Numbered from the stretch's first letter, positions 6,479 through 12,606 are shown. The stretch: 25,010 nucleotides of DNA from a virus (IMGVR_UViG_3300014031_000065:1-25010); one strand, 5' to 3'. The notes: generated by a model not told the origin, from the letters alone. Translations and numbers: made by a program.

Positions 6479-7136
6479 TTCCCTCTCCCTTCGCTTGGTG
6501 AAACTCCTTGCGCGACCGGGCATCCTCGATCTGCGCCTCCGTGGTCTGCGGGTACTCCCCCAGCAACACAGCGTCGAGTAGCAGCTTGAGGTTGACGGGC
6601 CGGTACTTGGTCTGCTCGACCGACAGGTTCACGTGCTGCGCGATGAACGGCACCCACGCCTCGCGGCTGTAGCCGTTGTTGTGGATATGCCCATGAAGGC
6701 GGAGGTCGTAGCCCTGCATCGCGCCGTCTTCCTCTGGATTCCAGGGGTAGTGGGAAAAGCTGACGACGTACGGCCGCCTGCCGTGCATCGCACCCTTGTA
6801 AAGCACCGAGAACGGGCTCACGATGTTGAAGCCAGACTGCTTGTAGAAGCTGAATCGCTGGTTGTCGTGGTTGCCCCGGATGAGTAGCTTGCGCTCACCT
6901 GTCAGTTCCTTAGCGATTAGGTGCTTGAATCGCGCGTTACTGCGGTAGCACACGTCGCCAAGGTGGATCAAGGTGGCGTCATCCGGGACCTCCTTGCGCC
7001 ACTCAGCGATCATCACCTGCTCGTGATCCTCCGGGCGGTGGCAGAAGCCAATAATGTTATCATGGCCGTAATGAGTGTCGCTGGTGACCCAAGTGTTCGC
7101 GGGGTCGATATCGTCCCGGAACTTCACGGGCTTCAT
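6471..7136 (-). CDS. Calcineurin-like metallophosphoesterase
   Basis: Motifs SDTHYGH, HLGD, RGNHD, SHYP, HGHIH. Confidence 0.92.
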   Translation of the reverse strand: MKPVKFRDDIDPANTWVTSDTHYGHDNIIGFCHRPEDHEQVMIAEWRKEVPDDATLIHLGDVCYRSNARFKHLIAKELTGERKLLIRGNHDNQRFSFYKQSGFNIVSPFSVLYKGAMHGRRPYVVSFSHYPWNPEEDGAMQGYDLRLHGHIHNNGYSREAWVPFIAQHVNLSVEQTKYRPVNLKLLLDAVLLGEYPQTTEAQIEDARSRKEFHQAKGEGNA

Positions 7137-7381
7137 CGCTCAATCACCTGCAGCTGGAAGCGGTGGAACCATTCGTTGCGCCGCTCGTCTCCGGGCGCGA
7201 TGTACGAGACCTTGAAGTAGTCCCTGCCGCGCCGGAAGTCCGCCATTTGCAGCACAACACCCTCTCGGCCGTTGTTGAACGTGTACTCGGCATGCGTGGT
7301 CCTGTCGATGTGCGGCGACGTACGGACGATTACGACCTTTGATCCGACCTGCGGATCGGGAAACATCTGTGAGTCTCGCAT
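7133..7381 (-). CDS. Hypothetical protein, 82 aa
   Basis: AGGAGG RBS; ATGA overlap with the phosphoesterase. Confidence 0.8.
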   Translation of the reverse strand: MRDSQMFPDPQVGSKVVIVRTSPHIDRTTHAEYTFNNGREGVVLQMADFRRGRDYFKVSYIAPGDERRNEWFHRFQLQVIER

Positions 7382-7494
7382 ATGACCTCCTGCGCGTATC
7401 AGTCGCGCCAGTTCGAGCGAAACAGGAGCGTTTCGCCCTAGTATCGTACCACTTTGGGCCGTTTGGCGCTTACGGGCATAGGATTGTAGGGGAA

Positions 7495-7674
7495 ATGACC
7501 AACGTAACCTGCGACGACTGCCCCTTCAAGCTAGCCTGCCCGTACAAAGCGGCCAGTAAGCGTCGCTGCCGGGTAGGGGGTGCATCCGACTGCGTACTAC
7601 AGCGTTTCGTGGGCGGCGCTCATGCTGCTTTCACTTCTGGTATAGTCCTAAAACGCGCTGTCGCGCATTGGTGA
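7495..7674 (+). CDS. Small Cys-rich protein, 59 aa (MTNVTCDDCPFKLACPY...)
   Basis: TAGGAT -10-like box and AGGGG upstream; CxxC plus three more Cys; the 3' end runs into tRNA-Tyr. Confidence 0.45.
   Translation: MTNVTCDDCPFKLACPYKAASKRRCRVGGASDCVLQRFVGGAHAAFTSGIVLKRAVAHW
7638..7646 (+). promoter_or_regulatory. Extended -10 promoter (TGGTATAGT) for tRNA array 2
   Basis: TGnTATAnT, 10 nt before tRNA-Tyr. Confidence 0.65.
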
Positions 7675-7734
7675 GCAACGGGGACTGTAAATCCCTGACC
7701 TCTGGTCTTGCAGGTTCGACTCCTGACGGCAGCA
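7657..7734 (+). tRNA. tRNA-Tyr(GTA), irregular D-arm
   Basis: Loop CT GTA AA, variable arm GACC-TCT-GGTC, A73. Confidence 0.82.
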
Positions 7735-7737
7735 TAC

Positions 7738-7822
7738 GGAAGGTGAGCCTCGCATCGGTGCGGGGACCGGATTCGAAACCCGGTGGACTACCAAGTCAGG
7801 CGTTCGAATCGTCCTCCTTCCT
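7738..7822 (+). tRNA. tRNA-Ser(CGA), 8/4 fold
   Basis: Loop TT CGA AA, long variable arm, 8-position acceptor with one U-U, 4-bp T-stem. Confidence 0.75.
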
Positions 7823-7903
7823 TACGATTCGCTTGCTAAGTCCAGCCGGGAACCTCTGCGGAGGCCGAGCGCGTCAGTCCCGTCGCGGGTAAGCGGGGCA
7901 CAA

Positions 7904-7975
7904 GTCACGTTGACCGAGCAGGCAAGGTAGAGGGCTGCAACCCCTCGCACACTGGTTCGAATCCAGTACGTGACT
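7904..7975 (+). tRNA. tRNA-Cys(GCA)
   Basis: Cloverleaf, U73, loop CT GCA AC. Confidence 0.92.
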
Positions 7976-7978
7976 TAC

Positions 7979-8063
7979 GGATGGTGAAGTCGCAAGGCGC
8001 GGCGCTCGCCTGCTAAGCGAAGCGGGCCTTCACGGGTCTGGATTTCGAGTATCCCGCCATCCG
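7979..8063 (+). tRNA. tRNA-Ser(GCT), 8/4 fold
   Basis: Acceptor GGATGGTG/CGCCATCC, T-stem GGAT/ATCC, G73. Confidence 0.82.
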
Positions 8064-8067
8064 CTTC

Positions 8068-8150
8068 GGAGAGTGAACCCGCAGGGCGTGGGGTACGACT
8101 GGAAATCGCTACGGGGTTACGGCCTTGGGCTTCGATTGCTCCGCTCTCCG
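8068..8150 (+). tRNA. tRNA-Ser(GGA), 8/4 fold
   Basis: Acceptor GGAGAGTG/CGCTCTCC, T-stem GGGC/GCTC, G73. Confidence 0.82.
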
Positions 8151-8335
8151 CTTTCGCTGCGCGGCTTCCGCTGCTCGGCAGCGAACCCCTTAGCGAACCC
8201 GTACAGGAAAAACGGCGCTACTGCGAGCACGAACACCGCGATCAAGGCCGCCAACACCCAGTAAAAGGCGATGACGGCCATGACTGCGCCCGTGGCGAGC
8301 GTAATCACGACGAGCAGCGCGAAGATGTCGCCCAT
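8117..8335 (-). CDS. Small membrane protein, 72 aa, two hydrophobic segments
   Basis: ATG 8335 coupled to the cca stop (TGATG); about 45 hydrophobic residues; tail is antisense to tRNA-Ser(GGA). Confidence 0.7.
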   Translation of the reverse strand: MGDIFALLVVITLATGAVMAVIAFYWVLAALIAVFVLAVAPFFLYGFAKGFAAEQRKPRSESGERSNRSPRP

Positions 8336-9861
8336 CAGACGCCACGCAGCGCGGCGTTGAGCTGCCACTCACGGGAGCGCTTCTGCTCAGACGGGTCAAC
8401 GGCGACCTCATCAAGCACGCGCGCGAGCACGCGGCCAACGTCGCGCCCGGTGGCGCCCAGCAACATCACGTCATGGCCGTTGATCGCCAGATCGCCGGCA
8501 GACGCCGGAACCTTAGCGAGCTTAGCCCGCTGGCGCTCGTTTTCCATCTCAGCGATGTTGGTCAGGTACTTGAGGTTGATCGAAGCACCGCCCTTGCCGC
8601 TGAGGTCGCACATCCGGTGCATGTACAGCATCGACAACAGCTCATCGCCCAGCTCAACGCGGGCGCGGCGGACCTTGACCGGGTTGACCTTCTGTAGCGG
8701 GACCATGTGGTTGAGGATCAGCGTGCCAACGGAGTCGCGCATCTTCTTGTCCACGTTCAGGCGCGCGGCAGTAGCGCCCCAGATGCGGGCGCTAACGACC
8801 TCGTGGTCCTCCGGGCGAACCCACTCCCAATCCCGCGCGTCGAGGGTTCCCCGCAGCGCAGCTGCCTCAGCCCCGGTAGGGGCGTAGTAGTGCGTCCGGC
8901 CGTCGGTGCCAGTCCACGCGGAATCCGGCTTGCCGGAGTCGTGGAACAGCAGCGCCATGCGGACTTCCAGCGGCGCGTCAACGTGCGCCGCCGTTTCCAG
9001 CGCCGTGAACGTGTGCTCGTCGGTGGTCATGTCGTGGTAGCGGCTGCCCTGCTCGAAGCCGATCATCGGAGCGAGTTCCGGCAGCAGAGTTTCCAGCACT
9101 CCGGTATCGCGAGCGATCCGCAGAGCGCGGGCAACGTCCTTGCCCATCAGCAGCTTCTTGAGTTCGTCGTAGATCGTCCCGCTCGGGTAGCCGTTCGCGC
9201 TCAGGCCGGTGACGGCGCTGGCGTGCTCGGCCATCTGGTTGAGCGTCACGCCCGCGAGGTCGTAGCCCAGCACGGACACGAACCGGAGTGCGCGGAGGGT
9301 CCGAAGCGGATCATCCCGGAAGCTGTCCGGGTGAGTCGTGCGGATGTAGCCCCGCTCAAGATCAAAGAGGCCCGCCCCGGTCGGATCGAGCACGTACGGA
9401 GGATCGCCGGCGGATTCCTCGCGGAAATCGTCGGTGATCGGCTTGTACAGCGCGTTGAATGTGAAATCGCGGCGCAGGGCGTCGTCGGCCAGCGACAGCA
9501 TCGGGTCAATCTCGATGTGGAAGTCCCGGTGGCCCGGTCCGGTGCTCACGTCGGTACGCGGGAGTACAATCTCGATCACGCCGAGGCCACGTGCGCTTAC
9601 GCGCCAGCCAGCCTGTCGGCCGTCGCGCAGCTTGAGCTTGGTCACGGCGCTGTCCGGGTACTGGTCTCGCGTCAGAAGCAGCCGCAGAGCATCGCCCAGC
9701 TCCCGGAGACCGGCCCGGCGGACCATGTAGTCAGCATCCTTGACCCGGCGACCAAGAAGCTCGTCGCGGACGCTACCGCCGACGCGGTAGACCTCGAAGC
9801 CAATGTCGCGGTGATCCAGTTGACGCATGAAATCGTCTGTGCGGGAGATGTAATCGTTCAT
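8335..9861 (-). CDS. cca: Class II tRNA nucleotidyltransferase (CCA-adding type) with HD domain
   Basis: Motifs VGGSVRD-x-DAD, RRDFTFNA, SFRDDPLRTLRALRF, HDSGKP, C-terminal LAINGHD. ATG 9861 lies 7 nt after TGCTAGGAT. Confidence 0.93.
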   Translation of the reverse strand: MNDYISRTDDFMRQLDHRDIGFEVYRVGGSVRDELLGRRVKDADYMVRRAGLRELGDALRLLLTRDQYPDSAVTKLKLRDGRQAGWRVSARGLGVIEIVLPRTDVSTGPGHRDFHIEIDPMLSLADDALRRDFTFNALYKPITDDFREESAGDPPYVLDPTGAGLFDLERGYIRTTHPDSFRDDPLRTLRALRFVSVLGYDLAGVTLNQMAEHASAVTGLSANGYPSGTIYDELKKLLMGKDVARALRIARDTGVLETLLPELAPMIGFEQGSRYHDMTTDEHTFTALETAAHVDAPLEVRMALLFHDSGKPDSAWTGTDGRTHYYAPTGAEAAALRGTLDARDWEWVRPEDHEVVSARIWGATAARLNVDKKMRDSVGTLILNHMVPLQKVNPVKVRRARVELGDELLSMLYMHRMCDLSGKGGASINLKYLTNIAEMENERQRAKLAKVPASAGDLAINGHDVMLLGATGRDVGRVLARVLDEVAVDPSEQKRSREWQLNAALRGV

Positions 9862-9932
9862 GCCAAGCATCCTAGCAGAAGTGGTACGAAGGCGCAAGGG
9901 CGGGACGACCCGCAACAGCAGGCACGGCAATG

Positions 9933-9941
9933 TGCTAAGGT
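9933..9941 (+). promoter_or_regulatory. Extended -10 promoter (TGCTAAGGT) for tRNA array 3, divergent from the cca promoter
   Basis: TGnTAnnnT, 10 nt before tRNA-Gln. Confidence 0.6.
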
Positions 9942-9951
9942 TCGTTTCTGC

Positions 9952-10023
9952 TGCGGATTGGTGTAACTGGCAACACGCTAGGTTCTGACCCTGGTATTTC
10001 GAGTTCAAATCTTGAATCCGCAT
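9952..10023 (+). tRNA. tRNA-Gln(CTG)
   Basis: U1-A72, loop TT CTG AC. Confidence 0.9.
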
Positions 10024-10026
10024 TAC

Positions 10027-10101
10027 TGATGGTGAGTCGTCCGGGCGACGACGCTCGGCTGTTACCCGAGAAAGAGCAGAGTTCGAGTCTCTGACCATCA
10101 G
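10027..10101 (+). tRNA. tRNA-Asn(GTT)
   Basis: U1-A72, G73, loop CT GTT AC. Confidence 0.85.
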
Positions 10102-10105
10102 CTTT

Positions 10106-10178
10106 CAGTGTATGGCGCAGTTGGTAGCGCGCTCCCCTCGGACGGGAGAGGTCGTAGGTTCAAGTCCTACTACACTGA
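10106..10178 (+). tRNA. tRNA-Pro(CGG), A37
   Basis: C1-G72, A73, loop CT CGG AC. Confidence 0.93.
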
Positions 10179-10183
10179 CTTTC

Positions 10184-10260
10184 GGCGCGGTCCCTGTCTA
10201 ACTGGCTAAGACCTCAGGTTTTCACCCTGAATGATGCGGGTTCGAATCCCGTCCGCGCTT
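10184..10260 (+). tRNA. tRNA-Glu(TTC), with 5-nt acceptor-to-D linker
   Basis: Loop TT TTC AC; TCCCT in place of positions 8-9. Confidence 0.85.
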
Positions 10261-10298
10261 CTACGGAGCCCAAACCATACAAGTAGCGAGGTGTTCGA

Positions 10299-10415
10299 AT
10301 GGCACGAAAGAAGTCCGCAGCGAAGAAGTCCTCACCGAAGTTTGGTTCACCCGCTTGGTTCGCCAAGTACCCTAAGGCGGGTAGGGTTGCCGGGAAGAAA
10401 AAGAAGAAGAAGTAG
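10299..10415 (+). CDS. Lys-rich basic micro-protein, 38 aa (MARKKSAAKKSSPKFGSPAWFAKYPKAGRVAGKKKKKK)
   Basis: Hand translation; GAGGTG Shine-Dalgarno; fills the gap between two tRNA-Glu genes. Confidence 0.7.
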   Translation: MARKKSAAKKSSPKFGSPAWFAKYPKAGRVAGKKKKKK

Positions 10416-10424
10416 GGTCTCTAC

Positions 10425-10499
10425 GCTCCATTCGTCTATCGGTTAGGACGCCGGGTTCTCAACCCGGAAGGACGAGTTCAATTCTCGTATGGAGTACCA
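10425..10499 (+). tRNA. tRNA-Glu(CTC), CCA encoded
   Basis: Cloverleaf, loop TT CTC AA, ends ACCA. Confidence 0.93.
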
Positions 10500-10573
10500 C
10501 AGGGTGTAGCTCAGTTTGGCAGAGTCCTCGGTTTGGAACCGAGTTGTCGTTGGTTCGAATCCAACCATCCTGA
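10500..10573 (+). tRNA. tRNA-Pro(TGG), A37
   Basis: C1-G72, loop TT TGG AA. Confidence 0.93.
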
Positions 10574-10576
10574 TAA

Positions 10577-10658
10577 GCCGACGTGGTGGAACGGTATACA
10601 CACTGGTTTTAGAAACCAGCGCCCCACGGGATTGAGGGTTCGACTCCCTCCGTCGGTA
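10577..10658 (+). tRNA. tRNA-Leu(TAG), A37
   Basis: Long variable arm, A73, loop TT TAG AA. Confidence 0.92.
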
Positions 10659-10662
10659 CTAC

Positions 10663-10735
10663 GCACCACTAGCCCAACGGCAGAGGCATCCGGTTCAAGC
10701 CCGGTAAAGTCAGAGTTCGAATCTCTGGTGGTGTA
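10663..10735 (+). tRNA. tRNA-Leu(CAA) with short variable loop
   Basis: Leu-type D-arm, A73, loop TT CAA GC, 5-nt variable region. Confidence 0.85.
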
Positions 10736-10738
10736 TAC

Positions 10739-10812
10739 ATCCTCGTAGCTCAGTTGGACAGAGCGCTACCCTGCGAAGGTAGAGGTCACTGGTTCAAGTC
10801 CAGTCGGGGATG
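10739..10812 (+). tRNA. tRNA-Arg(GCG)
   Basis: Cloverleaf with A20, loop CT GCG AA, G73. Confidence 0.92.
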
Positions 10813-10816
10813 CTTA

Positions 10817-10890
10817 GGTTATGTAGCTGAGTTGGTTACAGCACCCGGTTGTCAACCGGAAGATCGTGGGTTCGAGTCCCATCATAACCG
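10817..10890 (+). tRNA. tRNA-Asp(GTC)
   Basis: Cloverleaf, G73, loop TT GTC AA. Confidence 0.92.
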
Positions 10891-10970
10891 CTAGGATGGG
10901 CCTAGGGTGAACTGGCCCTGTAAAGGAAGTCAGGAAGTGACCCCGTGACTTCTCCTTAGCGTCCCTACGC

Positions 10971-11038
10971 CTCCTCGGTTGAGGACAACACGCGGGCCTT
11001 CGAAGCCTGCTATTTCGGTTCGACTCCGAACGAGGGGT
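10971..11038 (+). tRNA. tRNA-Arg(TCG) with miniature D-arm
   Basis: Acceptor CTCCTCG/CGAGGGG, loop CT TCG AA, D-arm GTTG-AGGA-CAAC. Confidence 0.72.
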
Positions 11039-11055
11039 TTGCTATAGTTCGTAGC

Positions 11056-11249
11056 ATGAAAACCTGCTCCAAATGCCGTGCCAGCAAGCCTGACGCTGAT
11101 TTTCATTACAAGCCGGTGAACAGGCTGGATTGCTACTGCAAGCCATAAAGAACTGCGAACTGGTTTGCGCTAACTGCCGCCGCGTCAGGACTCAGGAGCG
11201 CCTGACTGCAGCGCGTGATACAGTACAACGACCAAGTGGGGCGCGCTAA
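11056..11249 (+). pseudogene. Decayed HNH endonuclease gene (internal deletion and frameshift)
   Basis: MKTCSKC...DF...LDCYCKP-stop, then in a shifted frame IKNCELVCANCRRVRT (CANCH motif with H to R). TGCTATAGT promoter sits 6 nt before the ATG. Confidence 0.7.
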
Positions 11250-11310
11250 GCGGTCGAGCACCTAGATTGTGAATCTAGTGTTGAACAGGGTTCGAGTCCC
11301 TGGCCTCACC
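11236..11310 (+). tRNA. tRNA-His(GTG), no encoded G-1
   Basis: Acceptor GTGGGGC/GCCTCAC, C73, loop TT GTG AA; base at -1 is A. Confidence 0.82.
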
Positions 11311-11312
11311 CC

Positions 11313-11383
11313 GGAGAATAGGCGACGGTTGCCGGCGAGATTCCAAACCTCGCGTCGAGTGGGTTCGATTCCTACATTCTCCG
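11313..11383 (+). tRNA. tRNA-Trp(CCA), short D-arm
   Basis: G73, loop TT CCA AA. Confidence 0.8.
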
Positions 11384-11388
11384 CTTAC

Positions 11389-11461
11389 GCCAGCGTAGCT
11401 CAGTAGGCAGAGCAGACCCTTCATACGGGCCGTGTCGAAGGTTCGAGTCCTTCCGTTGGCA
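11389..11461 (+). tRNA. tRNA-Met(CAT) elongator (Ile2 not excluded)
   Basis: Cloverleaf, loop TT CAT AC, A73. Confidence 0.85.
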
Positions 11462-11466
11462 CTTTC

Positions 11467-11534
11467 CTCCCCGAAGGTGGAACACGTAGCGGCTCCTACC
11501 CGCATCGTCGCCAGTTCGAATCTGGCCGGGGAGT
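11467..11534 (+). tRNA. tRNA-Arg(CCT) with miniature D-arm
   Basis: Acceptor CTCCCCG/CGGGGAG, loop CT CCT AC, D-arm GTG-GAA-CAC. Confidence 0.75.
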
Positions 11535-11536
11535 TA

Positions 11537-11622
11537 CGCAGATGACGAGGCTGTAGTAGCCTGCCTGGGCCCATAACCCACGGAGTCATCGACAACCGGT
11601 GCGACCCCGGCATCTGCTACCA
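11537..11622 (+). tRNA. Atypical initiator tRNA-fMet(CAT), CCA encoded
   Basis: C1-U72 mismatch, three G-C pairs closing the CC CAT AA loop, ACCA end; T-loop TGCGACC; long variable region. Confidence 0.7.
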
Positions 11623-11672
11623 CTTCATGTGGTACGATCCCCAGACGGTTCGCTCTGGGGGCGTCCTCACTC

Positions 11673-11710
11673 AAGCCGGTACCCTGAGATGGGTGCCGGC
11701 TTTTGTCGTT
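11673..11710. terminator. Intrinsic terminator between tRNA array 3 and the convergent operon
   Basis: AAGCCGGTACCC-TGAGAT-GGGTGCCGGCTT-TTGTCGTT. Confidence 0.8.
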
Positions 11711-12385
11711 CTAGGACTCAAACGTGTGCAGGATTTGTACCGGCGTGTCGTACAAAGTGTACGTTTCATCAACCGCTGATACGTTGTACACGGGCAGCCC
11801 CGACACGCTCGCGGCCCCACGGGCCTCGTGGATGTGGCCGCAGATCGTTACGTCCGGCCGCGCGCGCTCGATGGCGCGGTTGATCGACGCGTCCCCGACG
11901 TACCACCCGCGAGACACGCGGTCGCGGGCGCCGTAGGGCGGCCCATGCGTCACCAGCAGGTCCAGTCCGGCCGGGATTAGCTGCGCCCGGTGCTCTAGCG
12001 CCTCGTCGGAGGCGTAAAAGGCCCAGCGCAGGAGGTTTGGCACCCAAGGAGTGCCCCAGACCCGCAATCCCGCAACCCTAGCCTCGCTATCCTGCAGTAG
12101 AGTCCAGGGGAGGCTCTCGACAATCTCCCGGATGGCGGGCTCCTGCGACTCGCCCACGAAGTCGTGGTTCCCCCAGATCGCGACGACTTCGCAGTCGAGC
12201 GCGTTCAGCCAGTCCCGCAGCGCGTTGTCGCACCACCAAGCCTGCCAGTGAGCGGCCTCGGAGCTGAGGCTCAGGTCCAGGTTGGGGCTGTCCGGGCACA
12301 CATCGCCGGCGATTACCAGAACGTCGCACTCTGGAACGTCCGGGAGGTTGCCGTGGAGGTCAGCGGTGACGGCGACGCGGGGCAT
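11711..12385 (-). CDS. Calcineurin-like metallophosphoesterase (Icc/239FB-like)
   Basis: Motifs ADLHG, AGD, GNHD, THGPP, CGHIHE; ATG 12385 coupled to the upstream TGA. Confidence 0.92.
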   Translation of the reverse strand: MPRVAVTADLHGNLPDVPECDVLVIAGDVCPDSPNLDLSLSSEAAHWQAWWCDNALRDWLNALDCEVVAIWGNHDFVGESQEPAIREIVESLPWTLLQDSEARVAGLRVWGTPWVPNLLRWAFYASDEALEHRAQLIPAGLDLLVTHGPPYGARDRVSRGWYVGDASINRAIERARPDVTICGHIHEARGAASVSGLPVYNVSAVDETYTLYDTPVQILHTFES

Positions 12386-12606
12386 CAGGGAACCCACACG
12401 GCGCCGGAGCGCTTGACCCCGTGCAGCAGGAGCTTGGTAGGGTCGAGCCCCGTACCACGGCGGCCCTGCTCCTGCTCTGCGACCAACGCGTCGATCGCAA
12501 GCTGAATTACGTTGTCCCCGCGCGCGTCGAAGGAGACCACAGTGATTTCTGAGTCGGTCATCGACCTGTGCCCAAACCGCACGTCCCATAGCTGCCCGCG
12601 CCTCAT
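12385..12606 (-). CDS. Hypothetical protein, 73 aa
   Basis: Coupled at both ends (ATGA, TGATG). Confidence 0.7.
   Translation of the reverse strand: MRRGQLWDVRFGHRSMTDSEITVVSFDARGDNVIQLAIDALVAEQEQGRRGTGLDPTKLLLHGVKRSGAVWVP

Noticed and set aside
7868-7897. HDV-like theta ribozyme after a tRNA
   Set aside because: TCCCGTCGCG resembles an L3/P3 segment, but I could not build P2 or the catalytic J4/2 strand
8707-9966. 419-aa plus-strand ORF, and similar long antisense ORFs over portal, nrdJ and capsid
   Set aside because: Antisense shadows of GC-biased real genes
9862-10098. N-terminal extension of the 587-aa cca ORF
   Set aside because: It lies antisense to tRNA-Gln and tRNA-Asn; a promoter-like TGCTAGGAT supports a start at 9861
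10900-10935. SRP RNA (GGGTGAAC...AAGGAAG resemblance)
   Set aside because: The conserved CAGG/AGCA internal loop of helix 8 is absent
5117-11622. Suppressor, Sec or Pyl tRNAs implying stop-codon recoding
   Set aside because: No CTA, TTA or TCA anticodon with a standard 7-nt loop; genes read intact and end at all three stop codons
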